NCBI RefSeq assembly: GCF_009914755.1
Contig: NC_060942.1
DNA: 64,000 bases
Direction: 5' to 3' (one strand)
DNA from: the human T2T-CHM13v2.0 reference genome, Homo sapiens
The translations under genes were made by a program, and so were the position numbers. The notes under the pieces are model-generated. The model was not told where the DNA came from, did no database searches, and worked only from the letters and a program-made list of their open reading frames with translations. Position 1 is the stretch's first letter. Every line of letters starts with the position of its first letter. Below, one piece after another: positions 15,141 to 29,204 of the stretch.

Positions 15141-16197
15141 CACTAGTTTCTGTGAGCTTAAGCACTATTACATGTATAAGAGGTTGAAATTTATCACTTT
15201 GGGCAGGGAAGATACAGGGAGTGTTTAGATTCTTATTTCACTAACCTGGATAGTTTAATAAAGAGTCATCTTTGGACTTACATAAAATTGTGAAGTTGAC
15301 CCAGTTCCTTTTTCACATGCTTTCATAGATTTTAATCACCATTAGATGGTAGCATGAGAAAAGCAGGAGCACCCATCTTCCAAATGTCTAAAAGGATTCA
15401 GGAAAAGTGGAAAATAAAAATCATAGCTGGCATATTGAAACTGTCTACTCTCTTGGTTGAAAAAGAGCCCAAAATATGGATGAATGTATTTGGGATACAG
15501 AATATTACAGGCAAAGAGTTATATATGAAATTGCATATATTTTGTGGGAGGGTTTGAATATACTTAAAATTATGCATTGAGCTTCTAAGCCTAATTTTTA
15601 ACTTTTGAATTTCCAAACTATCACTAAAGTATGTGGTGCTGATGGTAAGCTACATGCACCATCAGTGTTGGCAGGAGCTACCTAGGAGGGTTTTCTTAAG
15701 GAAGTGAGACTTGAGAATGAAAGATATAAAAGGAGTCACAGGTGTCCTGGGAGCTATGGAAATAATGATAGAGTTTTGTCTCTTGAGGTAGAGAGAGGAT
15801 ATGTTTGTTTTGTCTCTTGAACTAATCAGAAGATACATGTTCATTTTATTGTTATTGTTTATAACTGAGAGACATTTCATGTCTATTCTTTCCTATCTAC
15901 TCAATATTTTATCACCCTCTCAAAACAAAGCAAAATAAAAAAGCAGAGAGAAGAGATTTTCAGTGAGAACAGGGGATCTGGTGCACAGGGGTCTGTGAGC
16001 CAGCTATTTGAATGCAAGGTAAGAACCCTGACGTGGGAAAAAATGGGGAGGAAGAGACAAGTGAACGACAAGACAGAGATGAGCACTAACAGGTGAGGAG
16101 CCACACTGGATGTCAAGCACAAAGCTTCTGGAAATGCCTTCTATGTTTTGAGCTTTGAACTGAGATGGTGAAATTGAATTGCAAGATAATGTATTGT

Positions 16198-16519
16198 CAG
16201 GAGTCAGCCAACTTTTTCTGTAAAGAGCCAGATAATAAATATTTTAGGCTTTGCAGGCCATACAGTTTCTGTTGCAAGTATTCAACTCTTCCTTTGTAGG
16301 GCAAAAGCAGCCATACACAATATGTAAACAAATAGGTATGGCTGTGTTTCAATAAAATTGTATTTATAAACACTAAAATTTGGTAATTTCCATTTATCAT
16401 AAAATATTATTCTTCTTTTAATTTTTTCCCCAAATAGTTAAGACTACTCACAGCTCATGAATGAACAAAAACAGACAGTGGTTCAGACCTGACCCAAAGA
16501 CCATACTTTTTTACCCCTG
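16198..16519 (+). mobile_element. MER58B-like hAT-Charlie DNA transposon
   Basis: CAGGAGTCAGCCAACTTTTTCTGTAAAGAGCCAGATAATAAATATTTTAGGCTTTGCAGGCCATA…ACCCCTG termini. Confidence 0.85.
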
Positions 16520-17479
16520 TGTTAAGTGACCATGAGAGGATAGAAGAATGGGTAAAGTGAGTAAAACTGAGAATACATTTTGAAATGTTAACTTGGTGTA
16601 GACTAACTTCTTTTCTCTTTCTGTTTTCTAAATGCTCCTTCAAGATTCAGCTGAATTTTTACTTTAATATGCTGTTATGTTACTTTTCTTTCCTATGAAC
16701 ATATAACTCCCTAAATGTATATTAATCATGTTTTTATTCTTTTCATTCAATTATTGCCTTGTAACATCTCTTTTAATGAAGACCTAGAAAAATGCTATCC
16801 TTCCTTATTTCCCTCACAGTGCCTAGTGCAGTGCAGAATGCATGGTCTATGGTCTACAAATAGTAAATGTAATTCATGAAAGAATAAATTCAAATTGAAG
16901 TTTATTCTGGAACAACCAAAATAATTTTTTTTTAAATTGTGTGTAATTTGTCTTGAAATTATATTAAACTTATACGTTACTCAATATGAATTACAGGAGT
17001 TCATCCTTAAACAATACAAATGAACAGCATTTTGAATGTAGGTGAGCCTATTTACCGTGACACTAGCAAACAAAATAGATCTGCATATAGATTACATTCA
17101 AATCAATCAAGTCCTATGTTTCATTCAATGCCCTGTCAGGAAAAACAGAAACTATTCCAGGTATTTCATAAAGGAAAGGAAAACAAAGTTGGAAATATAA
17201 TTTGCAGAGCCTCTGTCATGAAAATAGAGAAGAGAAATATGAGAGCAAATGTGCAGATAGGAGCAAGAGATACTCACTGGCACAGTCCACCCCTTTGATT
17301 TCTCAGCATCCACACCCATCCTCTTCTGCTTATAGTTAAGTTTTCATATAATGATATTAAGACCATCTTTCTTCCACCTAGGAGACAGCAAATGAATCTC
17401 ACACTAATGAAGATTGGCCTGCCCTTTCCTAAAAAGTAGAGATATGAAGTCCTATCAATCACTTATCTATCTTTGGGTA

Positions 17480-17850
17480 ATATTAAGCTTTCAGTTACAA
17501 TTCCATCTGGATATAACCTGAAGACTAAATTGCAGGACTAACCATCACCCACCCTCCTGATACAAAAACATAGGGGAAAGAGGGAGTAGGAAACTAATTA
17601 ACATGTACAAATATGTGCATAAGAAACAGAAAAGAAATTCTGTTCTCAATTCCAAAAGTAATCATGAATCTGTAGTTGATATTTACAACTTCCTTATTTT
17701 ACTACCTATTCATTACATATTTTCTTTGCCCTCAGCCAGGATCTCAGTTTACTGGGGTTCTTTTCCTGTTGGCTAACCCACGTTACAGTTCTGTAAGTCT
17801 GAGTCTTCAGTAGTCCTGATTTTATCGGGTTGCTGTAGTTTTCGTTTTCT
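17480..17850 (-). mobile_element. Degenerate ERVL-class internal remnant
   Basis: TTTGCCCTCAGCCAGGATCTCAG…GGGTTGCTGTAGTTTTC resembles the ERVL/HERV16 internal 3' region; recalled from memory only. Confidence 0.4.
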
Positions 17851-18486
17851 GCTAGTTAGATATAGTAAAAGCTGCCTCTGCATAACTCCTAAGGCCTGGG
17901 GTTTTGTTATCAATTCTAGAATTCCTGGATTCTCGAGCCCCCTCTTCATCCCCACTTGGCAGAGGGCAAGGAACTCTCTGCTCCAGGGTCCCTCTCCCTC
18001 AGCTTGCCCCTCCCATCCCAACATGTGATAGGTTACTTTTCTTCCCTAATTAAACATTTGGAGCTGCGAGTCATTTGTAATGATTTATGGCAGCTGTGCT
18101 TTTGCCAATCTTACACAGTCTTTTTCTTATTACTTAATTGTTTTAGCAGTGCTTCAGCCATTAGTTTCTGAGTTCTGAAAACAGGAAACAGAAGTCTTCT
18201 ATTATAGACGCCTGCCTAATTAGCTCAGAGGCTGTCTAATGGGGCTATTAAAAATGCAAATGAGGTGTGATCAAACAGTGAAAAGTTTGGTCTTGACAGA
18301 ATATACTAATGGGTTTCCCCCCCTGCAAAATCTACCACAATGCTGAGTGTAGATTCCTCCCTTTCTTCTTTACCATGTGAAATCACTTTTTCTTGGTGAC
18401 AGAATTCCTTTCTCATCTGAACTAGACTGCAGTTTAAGAAGAGTTCTTAGGGAAGCCATCCTTATTTCCCACCCCTTAGTGTAAGG

Positions 18487-18679
18487 CAGTGGTTCTCTCA
18501 CTTTGACTGGTATCTAGAAGCACCTGGAAGGCTTGTTAAACCACAGTATTCCTAGGCTCACTCTCAGAGCTTCCAATTCAATACATCTGAGTGGCCCAAA
18601 TAACTTGCATTTCAAAGTTTGCAGAAGATGTTGATGTTTCTGATCTGAAGACCCTACTCCTCACCTTTAAAAACCACTG
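18487..18679. mobile_element. MER5A hAT MITE
   Basis: CAGTGGTTCTC…CACCTGGAAGGCTTGTTAAA…TTGCATTTC…AACCACTG terminal inverted repeats. Confidence 0.82.
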
Positions 18680-18894
18680 GTCTTGGACCTCATTGTTTTT
18701 TGCCTCTTCTCTGAGTTCAAAAGATTCCTTTTACTCTTCCTTCCATTATCTTTTGAGCTTTTTCTTAATTAATGATCTAGCCTTGCTTAATTAAGCCAGG
18801 TGATGACTCATTGTAACAGCTTCTTTGACCCTTTCTCAGCCTAAATCGAGTTACATGCACATTCTTTGTGTGACATTGTTATCACGTAACTCAG

Positions 18895-19030
18895 CAATAA
18901 TGGATGGATCTAGATTTTGTAGAGTCTGAAGCTTATGTAATTGGAGGACCCTCTTTAAAATAAAAAACAATTATAAATGAATATAAAATTGAGGGAGGGG
19001 CCCTTAAGTTTCCTAGTTAGTTTGCTCCTG
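18895..19030. mobile_element. hAT MITE fragment (MER53-like)
   Basis: GGATCTAGATTTTGTAGAGTCTGAAGCTTATGTAATTGGAGGACCCTCTTTAA. Confidence 0.45.
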
Positions 19031-22000
19031 TACAACATTATACTGGATTATACGATTCTTTCCATACCTCCTTTACTGGATAGTGAGTTCCTCGTGGATG
19101 AGGATCAAATCTTATTTGTCTCCATGGTCCCACACCCTGTGTAGTATCTAGCAAATGGTAGATGGTAAATGGATGCTGTTGACTTAATAATCTGTTTATA
19201 TCACTGACATAAGAAACCGCGTGCTTATTTTTCTCTGCCCTTGGGCTCTTCCCCTTTACACTTAGATGTGGCTTCTTACCTTCCAATGACACCAGTGCCA
19301 CTCCTTTGCCAACCCCCCTTCCATCCCCACCATTCCATGCTGGAGCCCCATCAAACTTTTCCTTTTGCACAATCACTTAGGGCTTTTTCATGGCTCCTTG
19401 CATTTGTATGTTTCCACTTCATGACCTGGAGAATTTCTACTCCCTCAAATTTCACCGCCTTTTGGAAATGCTCCCTGAGTCATTCAGGCAGAAAGATCCC
19501 TGCAGTTCTCTGTTCAGACATTCCCTACAGCATGCATCAGGACTTTCTGCCGGATACCTCCCTGCTGAACTAGTATGGAAGGCTGTGTAGGTTGCAAACA
19601 AACTGGGTAACCATTCTTGGTTGCTTACCCCCACTTATTCACATCTATAACCCCAATGTGCACCACTGTAAATTTGTGATGATATGAATAAAGGGTGAAT
19701 GTAGTCTTCCTAATCACGTCTGAAATAGGGAGCTTGGCTGTACATAGAGCAAGAAGACATATGGAGAAGGGAAATTCTTCCTGAGTCCAAGGTCATTCTG
19801 TGGTTCCCCATGTTTGAGTGACAGTCCGAGTCCAACCAGGGGGCCTCACTTCTATCCCCATCTTATTCCTGGCAGTGACCTAGGAGCTCCAGTGTGTTTT
19901 CCCTTCTTCTTCCCCTCTACCTACTCACAGCTCAGAGCCTCATTATATTTGCTCTCCTGAAAGAAAAGGATTTGAATTGGCTCTTAGATCCTGGGTCTCC
20001 TGCCTTGGCTGTCCTTCTCCTACCTCCTGTGAGCCAAGAGAGGGTATAGGATGAGGAGAGAGAGGCTATGCTGGTGTCATTCTGTCTGATTAAAGTGCAG
20101 CAGCTGGGATCTAGCCTCAGATGCTGAAGGATGATATCAGCAAGTAGAGTCTTCTGCAAATTGGACCTCACAGAACAGTATTCTCCAGATTCAACAAGCT
20201 GTAGCCAAGTGTTTTCTTTTCATGCACTCAGTGCATGAATGAAAGGGAAGCATACTACTGATGGCAGTGCTCATTGCTGCTGCTTGAGCCTTCCCAGTGG
20301 GTTTGGGTATTCTGAGCAGGGATCCAGCTCTCGGATGCCCTGGCTGGGGGCCACCTCTCTCCAGGTCTTCTCACCTCCAGCCACTCCTTTGTGGCAGGAA
20401 TACAAAATGAGGCAGAGACAGTGCAGGCCAGAGTCTGCAGGTAGTCAGGAAACCTCCTGATCTAGGTTGAACACCTCGACCTTGCTTCCATAAGAAATCT
20501 CTTTCTGACCTTCTCTATTTCAGAGTCTGGGCTCCTCAAAGGCCAAGGCTCTGCCTCCTTCATTCGTTGCCTCATGCTAAGAATCCTGTTTCCCCAATCA
20601 CACTAGTAGCTGGCTCAGTGTAAGTTTTGTCTTCTCTTCTTCTTAGAAGTCATATCTCACAGAAAGCCTGAGTTGTGCTTCCACAGTCCAAGCAGGGCCT
20701 TCTGATTTCATATACCCTTAACTGTTCTGGCAAGTGAGCTACAAAGCCTGTGACAGGGGGAACTGGAGCATCACAGATATTGAGGACATGTCTGCTGCCA
20801 CCCAAGTCATAGTGCTTATTCCAGAATAAAGCCCTCATGTGCCCTTGTTCCTGAACCACTGCTGTCCCCACCGGCTGTGTGGTCCCTTGCTGCTTACTGC
20901 CCATCTCCCTGTCTCCTCAATCTCAATGGCTCTGACACAACGTGGTCCTTACTTTCACAATTAGCACATCTCTACTGAACAGAATTTGTCCATGTTATCC
21001 TGGGGAAAGACGTTGCACATCATGTGAAAGGAAGGATTTCTTTCTCACTCAGCAATTTCATGTGTGAGAAGTACAAGAAGTGGTTTGTCGGTGGTGGAGA
21101 GGTCAGCAGCTCCCATAACCACTCTTCCCCAGCAGCAGTTGAGAGTCAGGCCTGAACCGTTTGCAAACATACAGTGGCTCTTTCAGTCCCTTAAGTAGGG
21201 ACAGGTTGGACTTCCCCTTGATGAGCCTGTACTTCTGCTTTTCTTTTCCACTGTTCTCCAGCCACTGTTGTTTACCATGAGCTTCTTGTTTGGTCCGCAG
21301 GCCAACCTCTGCTTTGCCAGACTACCCCTGCCTTCCTCTCCTTCCCATTCCCTTCTCCTTGGGCAAATACTGCCAGACTGACAGCCCCAAAGGTGTCAGG
21401 ATATGTTCTAGGCAAGGCATAATTATAGAGTGGAGACCCCCTGCTTCCATGGCTTGAGGATGCTGACAATTACAGATCCTTGAGCCCCAAAGAAATCATC
21501 TTTCCCAAATGCTTCCAGGGTGAAAAAGACTAGTTTGGCTCCTCTCTCTGGGGCTTTAAGAGTTATTTTTGTCCTTGAAGTCTAATAGTGGGTTATTGGT
21601 AATTATAGGAAAAAGTGGAGGGGTTTTAAATTATTTTCCTGGTTCCAGTATTATATTTTGAATTTCCTATTCAGTTAGACACAACTCCTGAGATCATGAC
21701 CTCTATGATTATAGGAAAAAAGGCCCCCATGGTACATGAGTCTATGATTTCCACTTTGTTTCTATCTCCCTAACTGGCATAATTTCCCTGGAGACTGCAG
21801 AGAAGGGATGTTGCCACATGCTTGTTTTGCAGGGTGCCATTTCCATGCATCAAGTGCACTTGAGGTCAGAGTACACAGGGGCCCAGGAGATTGCCCTTTA
21901 TTGGTGCTTTATCCAGCACACTCAGAACATTTTCTGTCAGGAGCTCTCAGTGGCTCCCTACTGCCAGTAAACTGAGAGCCTCAGCTGGGCCTGCCATTTC

Positions 22001-22039
22001 CCTTTGCAGTTAGTTTGCAAGTGCTCTCTCAGCATCCAT

Positions 22040-22220
22040 CTGTCTTATTCATTCATTCATTTCACTCTTTGTGCCATAAACATGGATTCACTGCCTCTTC
22101 CACTACACCTGTCTTAGTTCTGGGCGTGCAAACAAGAAAAACACAGGCTTCTGTTCTCAAAGGTCTAATATTCCATAGGAAAAATACAAAGATGTAAACC
22201 ACTGTAATGCTGTCATGGAG
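22040..22220 (-). mobile_element. L2 3' fragment
   Basis: (ATTC)n tail followed by L2-like body ending GGCTTCTGTTCTCAAAGGTCTAATATTC. Confidence 0.6.
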
Positions 22221-22516
22221 GTCTGCTTAGGGCAGAGGAAGGGTACAAGAAGGAGCAGCTCCATTTTGCTCAGGAATGGGGTGGGAAAATGGACTAGATA
22301 GGTTTTGTGGAAGAGATGGCTCCACGGTGTTACCATGTAACTGTGGAGGAGTCCCTCTGGCTGGAAGCAGTGTCACAAATAAGAACAAGAGGGGTAATGA
22401 CTGCAGTGGAAACAGGAACTGCAAGCCAGAGCCCATGTGGGCCAGAAAAAGACCTACAGAAAGGCAGAGGCCAAAGTGTGCAGAGCAACATGGAGGCAAT
22501 GGGAACTACCAGATGC

Positions 22517-22520
<4 letters not shown>

Positions 22521-22562
<42 letters not shown>
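22521..22562. repeat. (TG)21 microsatellite
   Basis: Perfect run, read directly. Confidence 0.98.
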
Positions 22563-22565
<3 letters not shown>

Positions 22566-23399
22566 GTTTAAAGCCTGTAATTTTATAACAAATAGTGCTT
22601 TGAATATTTTAAGACGTGGCATAGCTATAAATATTATTTTAAACATGAAAAAGATAAATAACTTAGAAAAATACAGACAATTTAGTCAAGAAATTTGCAG
22701 TCCAGAACTTGCTGTTGATCCCCTTCTGTGTATATAGTAGAACCTCAGACTGCCGTGCAAAGGTCACTGATTATTTCTGAGAGTCCCAGGAGAGTAACTC
22801 ACGGGCAAGCAGAGCTGTTGCTCACCTCAGGATCACCTCATGGCTCCTGCCCCCTTTGGCTGCTCTGCTCTGATGTCCATTGGTATGTCCACACCTACTG
22901 CCTCACCCATTGTGGGGACACAGAGTCAGGCAACAGTGTCTGGAAATCCTTGTGCTTTAGGCTTCAGAGACACAGACCTGAAAAGGGCCACACTCAGAGG
23001 AAGGAAGGTTTCTTCCCAGTTCAGGGCCACACTGGTTTCAAAGCAGCAGAGATTGACGCAGAGCCTCAAAAACATCTTCTTGAGAAGCTACATTTATCTC
23101 TGTTCCTTCAGTTCTGCAGAGGTGACCAGGATCTGCCCTGCAATCAGATTGTGGGCAGAAGCTATTTCTCTACCACCACCACACCTAACTGTAGTCCATG
23201 CCCTCTCAAAATGCTTTCTGTCTTCCCGAGTAAACCACAAATTCTTCCAGTTTGCTGCTTATTCTGATGTAAGTAAACATGTCCTGTTTTAGACACGAAA
23301 GAACCTGCCATCCACACAATAGGAGCAGGGGACATTGGGAACTGAGGAGCAAACGGAAATAAGGAAATATTAGAAATGAGAATGCACAGGAGCTCAAGT

Positions 23400-24050
23400 T
23401 GCAAAAGCCAGGAAATAATTCTTGAAAAAAGAAGGGGAACGAATGTGAGAGTAGTGAGAATCAGCTCAAAATATATTGATTTGATATCAACTTTGATAAT
23501 TAGAGAGAAATTTAAATGTACATTTAGTGAACTATTAGAAAAAACCATGATTTTCATTTACAAATAACTACAGAAACAATAAGCAGATAGATTGTATCAA
23601 TAGAGTTAAAGATAGAAAACAAAAGTTATAGCAAGAATGTTGAAAAAATAGACAGCTTACAGGATGAAATAAATAGGGCAAGATATATGTTCCTCCCATA
23701 ATTATACATGCTGTAATATTCAATATTAAAAGTGATAACTTTCCTATTGCAGTAGTAATAAATATAAGAGAAAGAATCACCTATACAAGATGACCAAGAA
23801 AGAAAAGTTAGAAATGAAAAAGTTGGATAAAGATAAAACAGAAAAACACAAAGAAAGGAAATCAGTTCTGTAAATATTAATATCGGTCTATGCATAATTA
23901 AAGCAAAAAGCATTAAGTAATGGTCAAAGAGGGTTTATTCGATGTGAAAACATTACTTTCAAAGGAATTAACAGTGTGAGGAAGTATAGACCACTGTCCT
24001 AGTGGAATCTTCTGTGGAGATCAGCTGGATATGAAGGGAAGGAGAGAAAA
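23400..24050 (+). mobile_element. Ancient L1M-type LINE remnant
   Basis: A-rich, degenerate ORF2-like sequence; subfamily not assignable by eye. Confidence 0.45.
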
Positions 24051-24758
24051 GATACAGTAAATAGCAGAGATGTTTGTCAAGGGTAAGTTAAAAATATGTA
24101 CTTTATTGTATTTTTTCTTTAAAACCAACACTGGTTCCAGATAGAACATTTGGAAAATAAAGAAAAGTGATGTAGAATAAATCAAAAGCTTCCCACAATC
24201 CCACAGGCCTGGGATAGGTGCTCCTTTAACAGTATATTTTCCTCTAGGGTGTTCTGCAGTCTTGGAGATGACCGGACCCTGTATCAGGCCTGTGAGAGTG
24301 GAGGCAGTAGAAAGCGACCCAGGAATATACAACAGGGAGAAGAACCAACCGAGAAGTGAGCATAGTGACTAGGTCATTATGTATCCCCTTTCCCTTACCT
24401 CAGCCATAATGTCTGGAAACAGGGATTTTGTTCTCAGCTTCTGTCCATTCCCCTCCAGTACCCAGAGTAACTGAGCAGGGTGCAATAATTCAATTAGGAA
24501 AAGGGAAAAGAAGAAGAATGATGCACAGGCTTCTTATTTTATTTTTAAAATAGCAATCACATTAGATTACAAAAATCAGAGGACCTACAAAACCATCAGA
24601 GAAAGTAAATCCAAGGAAGTAGCAAAGATAAAGGGGGAGACAAGAGAAGGAAAAAAAGCCAGAACCTCATTTGTGACTTTCTGTGCCAGCCTTCAGAAAA
24701 GTAGGAGAAAGAAGAGAAAGTTGCAGGATGGGGAGGGGGTAAAGGGATTTGAGATGGG

Positions 24759-25186
24759 TGCATTAGGCTGTTTTCACATTGTTATAAATAAATATGTGAG
24801 ACTGGGTAATTGATAAAGAAAAGAGGTTTAATTGGCTCATGGTTCTGCAGGCTGTGCAGGAAGCATAATGCCGGCATCTGCTCAGCTTCTGGGGAGGCCT
24901 CAGGAAACTTACAATCATGGTGAAAGGGGAAGGGGGAACAGGCAGTCACATGGCAGGAGCAGGAGCAAGACAGCAAGGGGGCGGGGTGCTACACACTTTT
25001 AAATGACCACATCTTGGGAGAACTCACTCACTTATCAGCAAGGACAGTACCAAGGGGGATGGTGATAAACTATTCCTGAGAAACCAGCCTCATGATCCAA
25101 TCACCTCCCATGAGGCCTTTTCTCCAATATTGGGGATTACATTCCAATATGAGATTTGGGTGGTGACAGGTATCCAAACTATGTTT
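24759..25186 (-). mobile_element. MSTA-like solo LTR
   Basis: AAAGAGGTTTAATTGGCTCATGGTTCTGCAGGCTG…GGCCTCAGGAAACTTACAATCATGG; TSD ATGGG/GTGGG. Confidence 0.9.
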
Positions 25187-26834
25187 GTGGGTGAAAAGGT
25201 TGGGAGAAGAAGTAAACAGAGAAGGAACTCCAGACAAGGAACTCAACTGGAGAAGGAGGCTTGAGACCAATTCCTAGAAGGAGCCAACAATTAGCTAACT
25301 AGTGCACTTTAGCCAGGGTGGGCATGTGGCCCCCTAAGGGAGTCTAAAAGTAAGTTTGCTTAATTTTGGTGGCTTTTCCATTTGGTTAGCTCAGGTTAAT
25401 TTCCCAAACAAGTGTGCTTTACTGAGAGGGGCTGGGGGTTACTAAGAGCTCCCCAAAGGGGAGTAAGTCCTCAGGGAAGGAAGGGATGAGATTTACTAAG
25501 GCTCTGTACCTGGGAAGGCATACATGTTCTATGAAAAATAAGGCAAATAAGACTTTTCACATCCATGCAAGCTTTTTCAGCCTAGAGGTAGTTCAACAAA
25601 TATAGGGGGAAAAAAGGCCTTTTTAATTTGTGGATTTTATGCCAGTAATAGCCTTACGGTAACAAAGCAGCAGTGCTCCCTGATCAATCTCTGGGATTCA
25701 GAACAGAAAGCACCGAAGTAGGAAATGTGGTAGGTGGGAAATATGGCTGAAATTTGCTTTTGACGGTATCTGCCAGATAATTATATTGGAGTCTGTTTCT
25801 CCCTGACCATCCTGTTATACTCAGGATCAAATTATGATGTTGATGGTGATTATTGATAATTATCCCTTTCATTTACATGGCATTTTCTACCTTCTAAAAT
25901 ACTTACACATATATCCCTTCACCTTAAGCCTAGAAGGCAGAAGGGTAGACGCTGCTCAACCCATCTTGGAGATGAGGAGTGAAGGTAAAATGTGCAGTTC
26001 CTTCATCCTGGGTCATAGCTCATTAAGGAACCCTGGCATCTATTGGTCAGTAGATCTGTCCCTCAATTACATATTTAGTTCATCAGAAGGACTGGTATTT
26101 CTTTCTACATTCACAGGTATAATATATTCCATACATCAAAAGTTGTGTTATTGTATTTTAAATATACAGTGCTATCAAATTTGGAGTGTATTTTATCTTC
26201 CCTTTTTTCGTCTCTCTCTGTTCTTCTCTGTCTCTCTCTGTTTGTGTCTGTCTCTCTCTCACATACACAGATACACATAGAAACATAGACACAGACATAC
26301 TCAGTCATTCATTTATAGGTTTCAAAGCATTTTCCAAATAACAAGACAACATCTCCTTTGTCAGGTGTGATAGCCTGAACTTTTGGCAGGCTTGTCTCAG
26401 CTTTCTGTTTCTTTTATGTATTATGGAGGAGAATTTAGGGATAAAACTGGGTATCAGCGTAACATTTAGGAAACTGGATCTGAAAGTGTGTGCACACGAG
26501 GTACCACCTGCATTGCACCTTGGCGGACTGCTGATTATTCTCCAGGATCTGGAGCTGATCCCAAGGATTAAGTGAGCATCTGCTCCCAGTGTTGACAGCC
26601 CGGATGGGGCCAGGCCATACACAGAGGGGGTGGATCAGGCTCAGACAAAGAAGCCAGTGTGAAGAGGGCTGAGCTTTCTTGAGAGCCCTGGAAATCTGAC
26701 CCTAGCTGCTCTTGTCCCTGCCCTCCTACACGGTGCTCCACCCGGACTCTCAGCCTGGATACTGGGCAGCATGCTGATAAGGAGCCAAGGTCCAACCACT
26801 CGAGTTTGTGCCCTGTTTTACTGTGTCTATATGC

Positions 26835-26985
26835 ACTGTGACCTTGGGCAGATTGCTGTAGGCACAGGGCCTCAGCTTTCTTATCTGTAAAATGGGGATC
26901 ATATAGCAATAGCACACCCTTGAGAGTCCCCATGATGATGAGATGAGATATTGCCCTCAGTAAGCCTGAGCACAGTAGCGGCCAC
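26835..26985 (+). mobile_element. MIR
   Basis: TGTGACCTTGGGCA…CCTCAGCTTTCTTATCTGTAAAATGGGGAT core. Confidence 0.8.
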
Positions 26986-27179
26986 AGACCATCCTGCTGC
27001 TCCTCTCTCCTTTCTTCCCGGCTCATTTTACCTGAAATACCACAGCCTGGTATTAGAGTACATACTGATTCTCCTTGTCCTCTGCCACACGTTACCTGGA
27101 CAACTGTTTTTGGTAGCCATCTTGTTAGAGTCATAGATCTGAGTCTGTGAGCTCCTCCTTGGGAGGGTTTGTTTTATAG

Positions 27180-27182
<3 letters not shown>

Positions 27183-27233
<51 letters not shown>

Positions 27234-27243
27234 CACACACACA
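27183..27243. repeat. (CA)n microsatellite of about 30 units with one interruption
   Basis: Read directly. Confidence 0.97.
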
Positions 27244-27465
27244 GGAATAAAGAAAGGAAAGGATAGGGGATAAAATAAATAAAGACACTGACTTTGTTTT
27301 AATCATTCCCAATGTTTGTTTGTTTCTTATACACCCTCTTCTGTAGAAGTAGCCGTCTTCTGGAGCTAACACCTAAAATGAAAAACTTAGTAGGAAGTCA
27401 TCAGGGAGTGTTCTCAGCAGGACAATGTTTGGGAGTAGAAAAAGACCTTAATTTTATGATGTGAC

Positions 27466-27861
27466 TGTATTAGTTCATTCTTGCACTGCTATAAAGAGTT
27501 ACCTGATACTGGGTAAATTATGAAGAAAAGAAGTTTAATTGACTCACAGTTCTGCAGGCTTAATAGGAAGCATGACTGAGAGGCCTCAGAAAACCTACAA
27601 TCATGGCAGAAGGTGAAGGGGAAGCAAGCACATTTTCATGTGGCAGTAGGAGAGAGAGCAAGCGAAGTGGGAAGTGCTACATACTTTTAAACAACCAGTT
27701 CTCTTGAGAATGCCATTGCAAGACAGCACTAGAGGGATTGTGTTAAACCATTGGAAACCACCTCCATGATCCAATCACCTCCCACCAGGCCCCTCTTTCA
27801 ACATGTGGAGACTACAATTCGACATGAGATTTGGGTGGGGACACATAGCCAAACCATATCA
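27466..27861 (-). mobile_element. MSTA/THE1D-like solo LTR
   Basis: TGTATTAGTTCATTCTTGCACTGCTATAAAG…GGGACACATAGCCAAACCATATCA. Confidence 0.9.
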
Positions 27862-29204
27862 GTCTCCAAAGTAGTGGTGGCAAAGCGGAAGTCCCTAACT
27901 CCTTGGCAGGCAGGACTTCCATCTCCTTTTTTTCTGGTGCAGAGGATGTAAGACTGACCGTAGAGTACTTTCCTGAGGTAGAGTCACTTGTGGCCCCCTA
28001 GACACTTCTGGAGGTGGGAAACAAATGTATTGGAATGCCTGAGCTTGTCAAAGTGACAAGAGTTTCTGGTGACACAGGAGCTGAGGGTCCCTACCAACTG
28101 AGTCCAGGGTAACAGCAGGAACACTGGCCTGGCACCCAGACATTGGCCTGGCTCTGGAGCCATAGACCTACTCGGACTGCCTTGGGCAAGGCACTCCACC
28201 TGTGTGGCCTTGGCACCTCATCTGGAAAATGAAGGGGCCACACTTTGTGGGCAGGGTCTCCTCAGTCCTGACATCAGGTGGCTTATCTCAGCCCCTACCA
28301 ACGAGCCTGTCTCAATGCACAAGACAGCAATTGGTATTAAAAATAATAATGGTGACTCATGGAGAAGAGATGACAAAAGAAAGTTGTTCTGCTTTACTCA
28401 CTGCATGGCTTCACATTTAGGGATCCTGAGGGATGAGGGATTCTGCGGAGCTAAATCTTCTAAATAACTGAATTCTACTTACAAATCCCCAAACTGAATT
28501 TTGTTCTAAAGTTTGAAATATTAAACATATTGTCTTGGAATTTTTTCATCATATTTAATATTTTGTTCTCAATATTTTTCTTTCTTCAGTAAGAGAGGAT
28601 GGAGAGGATAACTTGCCCTTCTCTGCATGTCCCAGACCCATTGCTCTGTGCAAGAATACTGTAGTGCAGGGATGCCCTCCTGAGCTCCAGAGCTCCATCA
28701 TAGATTTGAAGTTTTCCCCAGATTTCCTCTGAGAATTTTTTTCACTCTTTTCAGCCTCTGATGGTGTCACTGGGCAGAAACTAGAAGAGACATTGCCTTC
28801 ATATAAGGAGTCCTGAGTCCGAATTCCCGAGGGTCACAGGAATGTTTTCAAAATCAAAGAGTTGCTCAGTGGCAGAACTGGTAGAATACCAGCTCTTCAT
28901 CCTGTGAGCGACAGTCACAGAGGAGTCCTGATGCCAGCTTGCCTACATGCACTCCCTTATGTTCCTTTTTAGAGGGTCTCTAAGTCACCCAATCCAAGTT
29001 TCAAGGTCATCTCCTCATAGAGTTGATTGCTGAAGAAGACTATCCCATCTTAGAACCCACCATACATCATATTCTAAAATACTTCAGTCTGGAGAGATTC
29101 TTTGGTGAGTGCTAATAAATTAAGAAACTTACTGTAGAGCAACCTGAGATCCTAGTCCTGTTTGGGTAACTAGAAGAAATCTGGGCAGGATCATATATAA
29201 GTCA

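Noticed and set aside
22276-23292. Overlapping 150-180 aa ORFs
   Set aside because: No recognisable domain, one runs through a (TG)n repeat, and no convincing exon structure.
26568-27134. 188-aa minus-strand ORF
   Set aside because: Spans a MIR; no protein-family resemblance.
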